Counted from the first letter of the whole stretch, positions 1-13,598 are shown. The stretch is DNA of 63,380 nt, filler included, from Sphacelaria rigidula (GCA_964200075.2; 8 parts of 8 records of this genome joined end to end with filler, not necessarily neighbours in it); one strand, 5' to 3'. A program made the numbers and translations. The notes: generated by a model from the sequence alone, not told the origin.

Positions 1-53
1 AGGGATGCGAGGTCAATGGTCTAATGACTATGGCATGCATGATCATGAGTACA
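1..53 (+). mobile_element. Family A (poly(C)-associated retroposon-like repeat), 3' end, subfamily A1
   Basis: GGGATGCGAGGTCAATGGTC..CATGAGTACA followed by a C-run at 54-61. Matches the copies at 43540 and 51625. Confidence 0.8.
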
Positions 54-1065
54 CCCCCCCCACCTCATGATGCACTAGGTGGTATGATGTGAGCAAAAAC
101 TAGCACGATCACTGGCAGGCTTGACAGTAAGTACAGTATACAGACGGTACGGCGCTAGGCGGCGGATCTGATGCCGGTTCACCCGTCAGCGAAAGGCCGT
201 TTCGGTTGCGCTGCGTTTTTATGTGGAGCAAGTCATGTGACCACTTTAATTGCTGTCATCATATCCAAGGGCTTGATTGTTTGCATGGCTCGATCGTAGG
301 GACCTCCAGTCGAGTCAGCTATGCTGCTTTGGGAGCTCCGAGTAAAACAGTGCAAGTGGGTATCATTTGTCCCGGCAGTATGACCGTTTCACCGATAGGT
401 CATGTTGAGTGAGTAGTTCTCAGGTGGTCCCCCAGTCACAGAGTTGACATCAAAATTTGTGACGAAAGAAAATAAAAAGAAGATAAAATGGCCGTGCCAA
501 GGGTGCATTAGGAAGGAAGGGCATTACCCTACATTTGGGTATTTTGAAAAATCGAACTCTTGAGTACCCGAAACTCGGGGAGAGTATTTCGCATCGTGCT
601 CAACAATACGCAGATACTGGGCAGGGTATTGCGATCGTACTAACTCCACCAAATATTTGGGTAGAGGTTGGAGATTGAACCATCGCGACACGAAATTCGG
701 GAAAGTTAGTACACGAGTATTTACTCTACCCAGTACACCCCTTGGAAACGGCATACATACGAAGTACATGGACGTACCAGTGATCCATTCCAGCCATCCG
801 TGCGCCCTCAGCTAGTCAGGTGTTCTTGAATCAACGGTTGGCATAGCGGTCGGTCATGTGTGTTTGAGCGTCGCAACAAGCGAACAATAAATGGATGTTA
901 TTGAGTCAACCAGACCCATTTTCTGTTCTATGATCCATCTATACACGCACGGTAGATATCATGGTCCAAACCATGTACGAACAAGTTTCCTGTTCGTGCT
1001 CTATAGCATCCGTAATGTCTGTTGCTGTCATTTGTCTTTTGTTTTTATATATATATATATATATA

Positions 1066-1679
1066 CTTCCTCTGTGCCATAAATAAAGGTCTTGAAGGGC
1101 GAGTCATCGTTTGGGTATTTCAGCGTCGACGATCATCCTATGGTTGGGTTCATTGGAGAGGCAAAGCGCAGACGAAGCTGATGAAGAAAAAAAAGCGGAG
1201 AAAGTAAACTTGTTTTCATCACCTAAATGGTGTCTACATATACCCTATTCTGACCCTTTTTGATGCATTTATACCCCCATCATTGACCGATTTTGGACGT
1301 TTTCACGTCGAGCACTAGCAATAACATGCTAACAAATTGTCGGGTGGGGCGTGCGTAGGTGAACATCACGGACATGTCCCAAATGAACGGTGGTTTCGCG
1401 ATTGTCACATTTTTTGGCCCATTTTTCGCGATTTTTCGTGTGCCCGGGTCTCTCATGCTTTCCTGGGACACTGGGCGAAAAATTGCCGTTTTTGGACCGA
1501 CCTACTTTTTCTCGGCCGCGCGGCTGCATGGGTCAAGCACCCACGTTGGAGAAAGAATGTTGGTTTTAGCTTGAAAAAACGCCGAGGAGTGCAATAAAAA
1601 AATCGAAAATCAAATATCACACCGTTAAGGATCCGTGCAATCATAGGGACCTTACTTATTTTTTACGGCACAGAGGAAG
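1066..1679. mobile_element. Stowaway-like (Tc1/mariner) MITE, 614 bp
   Basis: TA|CTTCCTCTGTGCC...GGCACAGAGGAAG|TA terminal inverted repeats with a TA duplication. No coding capacity. Confidence 0.85.
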
Positions 1680-1750
1680 TATACATTTTCTCCCGCTTTC
1701 TTTTACTTGTTTTAATCACCAATGCTGATTAATGAATGTCAGATTGTCGT

Positions 1751-1847
1751 ACATATCTGTGACCGCGGGTTCGAGAGATCAGGCTCATGTGCGGAAATAA
1801 TTATAGAGATAACAATATCATGATCACAAAAGGAATAACAACAACAA

Positions 1848-1878
<31 letters not shown>

Positions 1879-1890
1879 AACAACATATAA
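1751..1890 (+). mobile_element. Family C non-LTR 3' end with a decayed tail grading into (CAA)n(CAG)n
   Basis: TCTGTGACCGCGGGTTCGAGAGATCAGGCTCATGTGCGGAAATAA matches the copies near 16033, 16125 and 40940. Confidence 0.7.
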
Positions 1891-2929
1891 TATCGACAAC
1901 ATATACTATCGACGACATGATACCAATTGATTGATTATCTCACATTAGCTGATTGCAACAATCCAGCCCGTGGTCAGGAGCAGCAAAAAAAGAGCAGAAT
2001 AAGAAAGAAAGAGGGATAATGACCACAACGGTTATGATTACAAAAATCTGACCGAATCCAGCAGTGATCTGCTGGATCACCAAGACAGAATACCTAACCT
2101 GTAGAGTGCAAGCAAATCAACGTGGACATTTGTTTTTTGGGGTTTTTGTTTGGTTCCCTCATACCTTATTATAGGTAGCTAGCCTGTGGCCACGGAAGGC
2201 GTCCGCACCAGATGCCCAGTACGAATGTACCGCGCATATGTCGGAACGGTTTTTAATGTACAGACAACAACAACAACAATTCGCTGAGGAGTTGTGTGCA
2301 CACAATGCCCAAACACTGAACAGGAGAATACGATCATAAAGCCGCCGCGGCTAACTACCGAGCTCGCGGAGCAGAAGACGTCGGCGACGACGGCGGCGGG
2401 TACGGGCGCGGCGATGGACGAGGAAGAGGTGGCCGCGGATATGGAGGCATGTGCTGTATGGTTAGATGGAGGAGAGGAGTCGGAGCACATGTACTGCAGT
2501 AGTTTTTTTCAAGTATAGAACTTGGTGTAAAATCGTAGTACATCTATTGGGGTGAATCGGGGCCGATTGTGGGCACTTGAAATCGGGAAAATGGACACCG
2601 ACCGCTCTCTGCAGAAGAAATAATGGCTCGCAATCGAGCCAATTATTTGAATCACAACTACACGCGTCACCTCGAAATGACCACCACGCTGATACAAAAT
2701 GTACTATTGTTGTAGAATATTCTATTATACAACAAAGCTGTGACTGGCGTTGCTGTTCACCTGTACAAACGGGGTCACAACAACAGGAGGACACAAACTG
2801 CTGCTCGTGTTGTTATTGTGCCCCTCTTGTTGCAGTATGTTGTTGTGCCAATCTTTCAACGCGATTTTCTCGGCAACCAAGCAGAGGATTGGACTGCGGT
2901 TTGATGCGTGCGCTTCCCACACACAAGAC

Positions 2930-3100
2930 CTAGTTCCTCGCGGGACGGGTTTCCGTAACGCGAGCCGCAGAGGTCGCAGCACTCTGCGAACCGCTGCACC
3001 AAACACCAAACGTACTGCAAAACGCGTTTTCTTTCACATCTTGAGGCTTTTCGGGTCCGCTTTAGCGAATTGAGCAAATCCGCCGCGCGAGGTACCGAGT
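2930..3100. mobile_element. Short degenerate MITE
   Basis: Imperfect inverted ends CTAGTTCCTCGCGGGACGGGTTT / AAATCCGCCGCGCGAGGTACCGAG. Confidence 0.45.
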
Positions 3101-5574
3101 CTAGTGTGTGTGCGAGTGGCTGGTAAGTGCCACAGATCGGTTTGCGTCCTGTCTCGAGAACGACGCAATGGAGGAGATTACAGCTGTCGCATACCAAGCC
3201 TTGTGTTCTGTTCGGCAGAGGTTTGGCACAGGTCCGGCCAGTCGATGGCTTCTTTATTATTCCTCCTTTTTCCTCCGTGTTTTATTATTTTATTTCTTGT
3301 CGACGTTTTTTTTGTCGTCATGGCTCTCATTCGCCCCCATAACAGTACGCTCTCGTGATGAGAAATCACTTTCTTTTTTTTTCTTCTCTTTGGTTGAGTA
3401 GAACTTGAATGTAGGGTTGCCATACTATCATAGTAAGTAAGGACCAAATACAGGGTCTGTTGTTTTCACAAGCCACACAAAAAATGACCGCTGCAATGAA
3501 GATCATGTACGAGCGGGCGGGCACCCAGCACCTTCGAGCAAACTATCTCGTTTTTCGATCACACTCGAGACGAAGATGAAAGTCCGCGGGTGAACAAACA
3601 AGACACCCGGTTGCAATCATTAGGGAGTTTCAGGTAGAACGGGCCCAGGGACACGGCGTAGGGCTGAGTACAAGTGTGGGATGTTGACAAGCTTCAATAG
3701 TCAAACCCTACAACGTGAAGCCTGTGAAGATATCGTGGGGTTGAGTCGTGAAGATGAAGGGTAAACCCTACGTCCTACACTCTGGCACGAATTGCCTCTC
3801 AGGCTTCGGGTTGTCTCGCGGAATTGGTCACACTGCGCCATAAGCAACTGCACTGCACAGTACACAAGATGGTACAGCAGTACAGTGGTGCACGCAGCGA
3901 AAGAGTAGGCGGCACCGAGCTCAACGTATCGGGCCGGCGGGGTTTGTTTGTAAGGTCAGAACGGGGTCACTCTCGCGGTTCAAAAGTCACGAGTTTTACC
4001 TTGGCAGAAGTCCTGCGTGTATGAAGGCAAAGATCTCGTGGTTGGGTTGTCGTTGGTGTACGGCACGGTCTGTACAGACAGTACCGTACAGGGTCAGCAA
4101 AAGCCACCACTGACCCCGGTGCCCCTGTCCCAACCCTAAACACGACCAGGTCCCCCGCGGCAGCTGGGGTTGCATAGTCAAGCGAAATGTGGTGTGCTAC
4201 AGCACTGTCTATACCGACAGTTCGGTACAGTCAGTAGTACAGTACAAGCTCCCACCGAGCTAGATCAGTGCTCCTGCTCCGACCCTACAGTAAGCGCTAT
4301 GAGCATCCCATTGGCAGATGGATTTGTACAGTCAAGCGAGATATAGTGGTATTTCGGCACTGTCTTTACAGACAGTACAGTCAGTTGTACAGCACAAGCT
4401 CCCACCGAACGACATATTATGTTGTCAAAAATTGTACCGCGTACAACATCGACTATTGCATCTAGTGCGATAGAGAATGGATTCCATACTGCATGCAGTA
4501 GTAGTTGACAATTTAATCTATTCTCCAGAGCGTAATATCTTCCTAGCAGAGAAGCTTGTGTACTTTTTTCACAGTTACGTGTACCGGGGAGAGATTTGTT
4601 GATCCCTTGAGACCACGGACTCGTTCCGAATGAAAGGGAGGGCTTCAAAGTGCGATAAATACAATAAAATATGTATCCTTCCATGCAATGAGTTTAGCCA
4701 CGTCATGTTCGATTCCTCCGTAGAACAACCTACGACTCCTAACCTTTCACCGTACAAGAGTTTCTCAGGGTTCGAACGTGGGCATTAGCAAGCCATCTCT
4801 AAATATATGCGTAAACTAGAGCTCGGGAATGTTTTTTCTAACCATTAAGCAGTAAAATGGTACATGATGGTTTGGTCATTGAGCGGCGCAGCCGCGAGCC
4901 AAAAAGTCCCCCCTCCCCCCCCCCCCCGGAGGGCTCCGCTGGGGGCGCCATGTCGGAGGCACGTTTTATTGTCGGCGATTTGGCTCCACTAGAGCTAAAA
5001 AATACGTCGAATTTGGGCCAATTTTCACGGGTTGTATGTAGCATACGTAGCCGGTAACGACGTGTAAAGCCGGCAACAATAAATAATGGTTTGAAATCAT
5101 TATCCAAAATTTTCATATAACCATTATCATTATTGCCACTATGATGATGATGGCCAGTGATAACTGGTACCATTTTCGTGCTCTAATGTATACACATACC
5201 CATCCCCACGTCCTATCCCTAGGTTCTTGATTTTTTTTCCCCTTTCCAAACTCTGCATTGTATGATTCGGTGTAAGGTCCCTCACTGCAATCTATCCATC
5301 GCAAAAATAATAATTGAAAAAAGGAAAACTCGATTCACGTCGACGTCGGTTTATCTCGGCATATATTGGGCCATGGGCAAAATCTCATTCCAAACTTAGG
5401 GGTTTTGGAAAATTCTGTTCCGCCAAATATCTCCTACAGGCTGGGTAGGACCTCGCCGTGGTGTATCATCTCATCATATCTCGCAACGGCGCTGTTTTTT
5501 CTTCTGGCGTCTAGAAAACCGAGGACAGCCGTGCTCCTCGTAGTCTTGCGAATATACTGGTGGTTTTTTAGTGC

Positions 5575-5917
5575 TGTAATGCGTGAGAGGACCGCGTGCT
5601 TAGAGGACCGCATCGGAATTTGAGACATCCTGGACGACAGGATTTTTTTTTCAAAAAATGTACAGCGTACAGTATGGAATATATTGTCTGTAGCAATAGG
5701 CGCAATAGTCGATACTGTACACAGTGCACTTTTTGACAGTGTATTCGATTGTCATTATCCAGGGTGTACAATTTGAACACCCCTATGGTTAGCGTTAGCG
5801 TTAGGGTCAGGGGTGTGTCCCTGCAGGGACTGGCCCGATTGGTTTTGAAAAACGTCGACCCTGGGGTGTTTCGAACCACGATGCGGTCCCCTAAGCATGG
5901 GGCCCTCTCGCTCATTA
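5575..5917. mobile_element. TGT...ACA-type MITE carrying telomere-like repeats, with a nested ACACCCTGGA-family MITE (5624-5769)
   Basis: TIR TGTAATGCGTGAGAGGACC; reverse-complement homologue at 53990-54190. The nested insert is flanked by an AATTTGA duplication (5617-5623, 5770-5776). Confidence 0.8.
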
Positions 5918-6094
5918 TTATTATTTTTTTCTCTACAGCTCACCCCTACAACAATGCACCCCAAGTCCTTTGTCTCAACGTATTCCTGATTTTTACGCGG
6001 ACCCTGCAATGACGACGGTCCTCGAGTTTTCTCGATGTGCGGAATTTTAGACTCTTAAAACTGCTAGAGACGTACGTAACAGCAAACAAACCAA

Positions 6095-6335
6095 CGGTCG
6101 GATGAATGAGTGATTCGTCTGGAAATTATACTTGGTTTTAGTGTAATTGTTTCGTACCGTACCAGTCAATCCTTGAGCTTTGTTTTCAGCGTTGCAACCC
6201 ACGTACGTGAAAATTGCGTGGAGACCTTTTTGACCAGCAGTCAATTTTTCTTTCTTGTGGGGCCATCAGGCCGAGAAAATCGTGGATTTGGTGATTCGAA
6301 CCGGCGATGATTCGTCCGAACCGTGAAACGAACCG
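6095..6335. repeat. Dispersed repeat (reverse-complement copy at about 46498-46760, partial at 39810-39850)
   Basis: Shared blocks such as GGTGATTCGAACCGGCGATGATTCGTCCGAACCGTG and TTTTCAGCGTTGCAACCCACGTACG. Confidence 0.75.
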
Positions 6336-6381
6336 GGCGAAGATTTTTGGACGAAGATTTTTGGTCCGCCTTGTTGTATGT

Positions 6382-6726
6382 GCCGGTCGCCCCTCGAGAC
6401 CTTCTGACGGTTGGGTCGTGGGTTCGAATCTCGGTGTCGTCATACGATCTGGGATTTTTTCTTACCCCTTGCCCAACAACAGCGAGAGCGACATGTCGTG
6501 GGTACACACAATTCGACTTCACGGTCGACGAGGGAAAGGGACTGCTTAACCCTTCTCGCAATAAAAAATAAAGGCATGCACCGCAGAAGAAAGGTGGAGT
6601 ATTTAAGGGAGAAAAAAACTCCAGTGTTGGCCTTCCTCCTATGTGACCCCGGCTGATGCGCCCACATATACCGAAAGGGTTAGACTGGCGTCTAGAATAG
6701 ATGGGATGACAACACAACACACACAC
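6382..6726 (+). mobile_element. tRNA-derived SINE (family B), A-box deleted
   Basis: B-box GGTTCGAATC, shared body (ATGTCGTGGGTACAC...GTCGACGAGGGAAAGGGACTGC) and (CA)n tail. Three other copies in the window. Confidence 0.85.
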
Positions 6727-7312
6727 TTGCTGGGGCTGGGCCCCGCCTGTTGTGTGTGTGTCAATGTCTCAGTGTGTCAGTGTCTGTGTGTGTTCATCCA
6801 GCTAGGGGCAACAAGGTCATCAACCGCGATTTTTTTTTTCACCATTTTTTCCCATGTCTCCTTTCAGGGAGGGGACAACGCCCACGACATTTTTTTTCCT
6901 GGTGTTTTAAGATTTCCTATCTCGTCATTATCTGTCCAAATAGGTGAAACCTTCAGAAATGTTGTTGGTCTTGTTGATGGTGGTCGTTTATGCAGACCCC
7001 TTCCGTTGTCACAGGCTAACTGGCCTTCATAGGGTACAGTACAAGGAAATCGAAGAAAAAGGACGAAAGAATAGAACCCAGGAGAATCAAAACAGATGCG
7101 TGAGATACGTTAACCCTAACCCGTCGCTAATATCTGTGGTTGAGAAACATTTTTTTTTTCCCATCAAACTCAAACGTTAACCCCTACCCCTACCCCAAAC
7201 TCAAACCTATGATATATACCGAGACGCCCTTGCGCAGGCGGGTGCTGAGGATGCCCCAGTCAAAGTATGCGTTCGCAGAGCTCAAATCGACGTTTTATTT
7301 TCATTTGCCGCA

Positions 7313-7740
7313 TCAGCAAAAACAACTGCTGGACACGCTGGCGAGCAAAAGCACTTGAGGCTGTCAGCTCCCCCCCCCCGACAGATCCGAATATCAAGTT
7401 CCATCGCTGTCGGGAGCTAATACGGAAATAGTGGCCAAATGAGCTATAATATTCAGCTCATGATCCGGATCAGTACTCTAATAAGAAGTAATATCCAGGT
7501 AGCTCATGAGCTGTCCAACGTGTAAAGTGTTTGGACTCAAGAGTTCACCTCTAACGAAGAATTACTCGGTCAATATATAGATAGGCATGTGTGTACGCAG
7601 GGTGAATAAACGGAGCACTCGCTGACACCTTAAGTCATTGTCTTTTTCAACACCGCATTCCCGTATTTTTAGCAAAAATAACTACTGGACACGCTGGCGA
7701 GCAAAAGCACTTGACGCTGTCAGCCCCCCCCTCCCCCCCC
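7313..7740 (+). repeat. Two direct copies of a roughly 60-bp segment, each ending at a poly(C) tract
   Basis: CTGGACACGCTGGCGAGCAAAAGCACTTGA.GCTGTCAGC followed by (C)n at about 7330 and 7686. Confidence 0.8.
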
Positions 7741-8156
7741 CCCCCCCCCCCCCCCCCCCACACATCCCAAAGAAAAATGCCCCCCCCCCGCTTTTTCGCC
7801 CGGACGTTTTTTTTTCCGGGGGAGTGTGGGCGGGGGNNNNNNNNNNNNNNNNNNNNNNNNNNNNNNNNNNNNNNNNNNNNTTAATTAATTAANNNNNNNN
7901 NNNNNNNNNNNNNNNNNNNNNNNNNNNNNNNNNNNNATCGCCATTTGTTTCGTGACACTTTTGAGCTGTTTTTTGGGGGGGCTATCGTAGAAAGTGTCGA
8001 CTATATACCTGATCAATGAACTTCCCAGTATTGTCTGCGTATAGTACACTACCGCACTCGAGCAACTATTTTCTACTAGCCTTGTTCATCTATGTTGACG
8101 AAAGCGCACACGGTTGCGTCGACATCTGAAAATTCCGGCCGAAGAGCCTAGATTCC

Positions 8157-8329
8157 ACACCCTAGAAAATGACAACATGTGGTCGATAGATGCAATGGAC
8201 GAAGATTGTACTGGGTAGAATGTAGACCAATTGCAAAAATTGTCCGCCGTCAATAGTTGCAATAGGCCTATACTCTATCCAGTACATATTTTGTCTATTG
8301 CATCCATGGACGATATGTTGTCCAGGGTA
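8157..8329. mobile_element. Foldback MITE, ACACCCTGGA-end family
   Basis: Imperfect inverted arms of about 75 bp, ACACCCTAGA...TCCAGGGTA. Relatives at about 4420-4530, 5624-5769 and 31371-31526. Confidence 0.7.
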
Positions 8330-9243
8330 TGAAGTATTTCAAGGTTGTTTTACAGAGTATTTCGGCTGAAATTTATCAGTAAGGTATTCACAGAAGCATG
8401 AAAGAGGCGTTTTGTCGGCAAAATACCCTTCCGAGCCATACCGGAGTGTTCGGAACGGTGGTCGATACCCTGCCGAACCATACTGGAATGTTCGATAAAC
8501 ATTACGGTATCGGTTAGCATGCTAACCAACCAAAAGTTTCTCACCTCTGGGTATACGCTACGGAACACAGCCTTGGAACATTCGGTACCCTTGAAGACTT
8601 GCATGTAGAAACGTTCGTTTTTGGCAGCATCGATGAAGTGCTGGAAGGCCCCGCGCGGGGGCCGTACCGTCTCCACTCGTGCTCCTCGGCGTTTCGCGCT
8701 CAGAAACGACCTGAAGAAAGCATGTATCCACCCATTTAGCTGTAGTTTTTGTTCACACACTCACAGTAGTTATGTGCGTTGTTGCTTTCACTAAGTCATG
8801 GAACAAGCATCAGGCTGTTGTTCTAATATGTGATCCGTAGTACATACCGTGCGATACGGATGGAAGAAAACCATTTTTCATTTTGTTTGTTCGTTTGTTC
8901 GTTTGTTTGTTCGTTTGTTCGATCGCTAGCTCGTTCGTTTTGTGGATTGAATGCGGAAGGCATGCAACAAACGTGAAACTAGCTTACTTGAGATATGCAA
9001 AAAATATGTGCTGCGTACGCCGCGGCGCCGTGGTGGTCTGATAGTCGAATTCCCCCCACTTAGGTAAAAGGAAAGTGGGTTCGATTCCGGCGAGATTAGT
9101 CAGTTTTTTTCTCAGCAAAGGCCCATGACTTGCGCCGTTAAAAACTTGAGAGCGTCAGTAGTTTGACTGAAATTATTCAACGAGAGTTCACGCGGTGCTG
9201 ATGGTCATGATCCAATTCGTGTGACCAAAGTGCCAGGTGTGTA

Positions 9244-9827
9244 CCGGGGAAGAGAAAGAGAGATCCCTTGTGACGATGCATTCGTCCCGCGGAAGGGCAG
9301 AGGTTTAGAGTGTCACGAAAGAACAAACAAACTCCAGAAGCCACATCGGTTGATGAGGTAATATGTCCGGCATGTGTTAACGCTCCAGACTCCGGCTATT
9401 TTGAGGATCCTGCACGACGACGCCGGTCGTAGGAAACTGAAGGGGGCCTGGCACCACAGGACTACGTGTTGCTTCTGATGCAACCGGAAGACGCAAACAA
9501 ACTGTCACGTATCAACCGAGCGCTCGACAACTTTAAATAATATCTCGGTACTCCGGTGCGGTTTCATGCAATGGTGAAACCGGTAAAGGAACCTTCCGGG
9601 CTGGTCTCACTCACTACTAGAGGCGAAATGGTGAGCCCAGGGCTTGTTCGCTCGAGGGTTTCGATTTGGGATCTGGAATTTCGAAAAGAGGAGCCCATGG
9701 ACCATCATTCGAAGCTTTTGGTGTTTTCAATTTGTCAGTTTTTATTTTTTTCTCACACCGTTAACTCCGCTCCTCCATCGGCATGATGAGCCCGTGGTCT
9801 CTAAGGATCAACCCATCTCCCCTCCAG
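9244..9827. mobile_element. TA-flanked MITE with long degenerate TIRs
   Basis: GTGTACCGGGGA..GATCCCTT / AAGGATCAACCC..CCAGTACAC ends. Related ends at 4580 and 47450-47511. Confidence 0.6.
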
Positions 9828-11851
9828 TACACTCTTTGCAATTTGGTATGGCGCGTTGGGTCAGCACTCCCGCGCCGTGTGGAATCTCGTCAAATAAACT
9901 CAGTCACACGAACTTTTTTCTGATGCAACAATTGACCATATACTGTCCAGGGTGTGGTTACTTCCGAACAGCGACGCATTAGGAGCTGATCCAGTCGTCT
10001 TGATGTCAACTACACGCCCACCAAGTTTTCGATAATGCTGACTTTTGTACCAACCCGCCAACGGGTAGAACCGACGGGAGGCCGTACCTTTGTGTCCCCG
10101 GATAGTGTGGAGTACTGAGAATACGATCACAGAGCGCAGCGCATGTTAGGTGGTGTATACACGCTGGTTCACGTGCATCACCCAAAATTGTGCCACCAGC
10201 AAATGCCTTACGCAATACCTACCCAATAACCGCATCCATGATATCACACTGACCACAATGAACAGCTGAAGAGCATGACGTAGCTGTATTTGTGTTCAAG
10301 GCCATAGTGGTGGCGCTGGGGGCGAAAAGATACCTCGACTAATCAGCGCCCTTCATTTTGTTCTGGAAATCGAATTCCGATGTCGATTTTCACCCAATAA
10401 TCTCCACATGCTTCAAATCGTCGTAACCACCGTCAGCTCGGAAATCTAACGAAAAAGAAGAGATTTGAAAAACGATTGCTATGGGGTTCGATTTTACGCG
10501 AAACCGGGGTGCTTCAGTGACGTGGGGGGTTTTGACGCCGTCTGATTTCCTCCCACTGATGATACGCACAAAAGACTGAGGAAGCCTTGTAACGGTTTCC
10601 CTAATCTATTTTGTAGAAAAGCTCAGATCGCTCTCAAACTTGGCACTTTCGTGGGCATTGATGCTACACATTCAAAGTTGTATTCCTGACAATATCTCAA
10701 AGTTTCTCCGTTCTCTACCGGCTTCCGGGGGTCCTTGTGTGAAGACCCCCTGAAGGCGGTACAGGATGCGTCAAATATAAAATAAATTGACGCGTCCCGA
10801 GGTAGTCCGAGGAACAAATGTACAAAGTTTGGTCGAGAATTTCAAAACCCTCATACTGTTTCCCTCTCCTCGACGTAAAATACACAAAAAAATATGTTTT
10901 CATATTACAACCGAGTATTCAGGAGTTTGCACGTTTCGAGCTCACGTCATCGCCCAACCGCGCACAAGTTTACGCCGTTATTAGGAGTTAGACTCTCAAA
11001 CTTTGAATAAATGCGCTGTGGGTCACGAAGCAACTTTCGACGAACGAGTGTTTTTTACGCTTTTACTTTTTACCGGTTTTTGGGGGTTCGATGACATCCA
11101 AGTTTTCCCAAAACCTGGGACCCCCCAAAGAAGATGGAAAAAGTCAAGAAGAAATAAAAAAACGACTTTTTAAAGCTATGCAGTAGCCCATAGCAAAATT
11201 GTGCAAACGTTCAGAATGTAACTTCTAAAAACGGCGGAAGCTCTGCGGATGAGTGTTGCGAGATTGATATGTGTAAACCAGCAGGTATGTTGCAGAGAAT
11301 CCACGCATTACCTTGCTTCACGCTACCAATTCGTCCTGTTTGCAACCGAGACACGTTGTTGGGTAAAGTAGTGGAACCACCTTGCAGCGTCTGACGTGCA
11401 AAAGGTGCATGTAGGACACGTCCTTCACTTCTCAATCGCCGAGAAAGATCGAATCATATTCGCACGAGCATATCTTTAAGCTAACCGCGTGTCATGGATG
11501 AATCACGGTACACATTGCCGACCAAGATGAAGCTTACGACAGGACGGGCTTCCCACGAAATCTGTGAGCTTCGCGTGGCCGACGAAAAACAAGGGTACCC
11601 AAGAGTTGCTCCCAACAGTAGACGCGTCAGGCGTTACTCGGTCGAATTGATTGGTTCATTTGGTTGGTTGATCATCGAACATTAGCTGATGCATGGGAAG
11701 GTAGACGTACCCGACATTAACAGAACGGTATCACTCGCTCGCTGATAGACACTGCAAATCGCGGGATATTTTGTTATTTACTTTCGTGTAACGCATGTTG
11801 CTGCACTTTGTTCGGTCGGGTTTTGCTTGCAACATTGATTTTGGAGGATAG

Positions 11852-12010
11852 GCGTTGCGCGGTCTGCATCACCCCGAGCTACGTGTCCTGGATGACATGA
11901 AGCAGATACACGTCCACCTGGCCACGAAGCAACCGGCTCTAGCACGCAAAGTGTACGTCAAGATGCGTAAGGAGTGCCTCCTCATCGACGGACGCAAGAT
12001 CGGAGACAAG
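11852..12010 (+). CDS. PRKDC: Internal exon, DNA-dependent protein kinase catalytic subunit-like (region just upstream of the kinase domain)
   Basis: AG/GT-bounded, 53 codons ALRGLHHPELRVLDD..KVYVKMR. Resembles DNA-PKcs ALDQLSNPELLFKDW..KMYERM as recalled. Joins in phase 0 to the exon at 13599. Confidence 0.7.
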
Positions 12011-12178
12011 GTGTGTGTGTGTGCGTGTGTGTGTGCTGACCACCGTAGTTTAATATGCAGACCTCCAGCGGTTTGCTTCCTCTCGACGGATGTGATTTGT
12101 GGCACTGAAGCACCCTGACTGCCGCAATTGATTTCACGGTCGATGCACAGTCGTGCTGTCCATTCAAGGTACTTCCGT

Positions 12179-12434
12179 GGGAAATGGTCGCGTCCAGGTA
12201 TACCTGAGCACCTTCAGGGCTTTTCCAGGTACATGGCATAATACAATGCCCCAAATACGTCCATCTGGAAGTCCGAGAAAGCGAGACGAAGTACCCGAAA
12301 ATGACTCGAAAAGGAGTCCGATGTACCTACATTAATCCCCTTTCCTGCAAATATGTACCTGAGACTTTAAACGTACCTGTACTTACCTGAAAATGTCCCA
12401 GTAGTGCTCAGGTGCCCCTGAACGCGATCATTCC
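12179..12434. mobile_element. Intronic MITE
   Basis: GGGAAATGGTCGCGTCCAGG..CCTGAGCAC / GTGCTCAGG..CTGAACGCGATCATTCCC inverted ends. Confidence 0.6.
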
Positions 12435-13598
12435 CCTACTTTCATCGATGGGTATCCCTTGCGCGTTTCGGAAAGATTGACTCTACTCTGTGGAGTACTC
12501 CTGAGTTGATGAGCACGTCGAATCAGCAATATGAATCAAGTGATTTGGAGAGAACAACCAAAGATGTCCCTCAGGGTTGTGTATGCTTCATTCACTCACC
12601 CACGATTGTGTTGTTTGCTGTTTGGTTTGGAAGAAAACGGAAAATATACCCTTCCTGGAGGTTCAAAATTCTTTTGCAATGGATGTTCGGAAGAGGGTGA
12701 ACAAGATGGGTGTCCTTGGAGGAGGTGATTTTGTTTATATATATATATTGGGGGGGCAAATGAAGTAACGGCGCATCTACACACCATCAGCATGGAGCAA
12801 AGGAGTCTTGTCTGTACTACTCGCGATTGTCATGCTCCGTTTTGGTGGGTGTGCACAACAGTAGAGTAACTGCGGTTCATGTTCACTTTTGTTCTACTAC
12901 CCATGCAGCATGATACGAGAGACCCTATTTTTCGTTCAGCATTTTCAATTTGATAATTTTGTTCCGACAACAAACATCCCGTCGAGATGTGATCCGAACG
13001 AGGGCACGACACCAGGCGCCGACGTATTCCTGGACATTTTGCAAGGGTCAAAAGCAGGTACCCGTACCGACCCTAGTGACCTCTCTTGGAGCAGGGCGCA
13101 AAATCAGCGCCGCCAGGCGCATTACACGCTTTGCTGGCAAAAAGACGAAATATGAGGAGACCCTCCGGCTGAGCTGCTTGCGAAAGTGATCAGCTCAGAT
13201 TGTGCTCTTTGAACGTACGCTAGGATCTTCTGACCGAGATTAGGGTCAAGGCTTTGATTCGGTCGCGTTTAATGGGGTGATACGATCTCCCTGGTCATGC
13301 GAGTCATGAGAGCCTACGCGACGAGCTTTGAAAGCCTGACGTTCAGGTACAGATCTTGTACAAGAGGAGTATGACAGTGGAACCCCTGCCAGGCTTTCAT
13401 TCCCGAGATCTAATCACCCTCTGCTCTGGCGGATACAGATGGCAAACGCTGATTGCGCGGGAAACCATAAGTTGGGGGCATTCGGTTTTGATCCAAGTGT
13501 GTACACGTAGACCTGTTCGTCTCGATTTTCGCCGCCTCCTTTCAAGCGTTTTTTTTTTTTCTGCTGTTTTTTTTGTTCTCTCGCCGAAAAAACGACAG

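Noticed and set aside
2324-3600. Exons of a host gene in contig 1
   Set aside because: Short coding-like stretches (2324-2428, 3137-3220) show no recognisable homology and no consistent splice chain.
6645-6700. Hammerhead-like CTGATG...CGAAA in SINE B
   Set aside because: The core reads CTGATGC, and GAAA is not conserved in other copies (CGTAA, CGGAA).
7881-7892. TTAATTAATTAA recurring every 7935 nt as a biological periodic element
   Set aside because: It is a scaffolding linker with stops in all frames, embedded in N runs.
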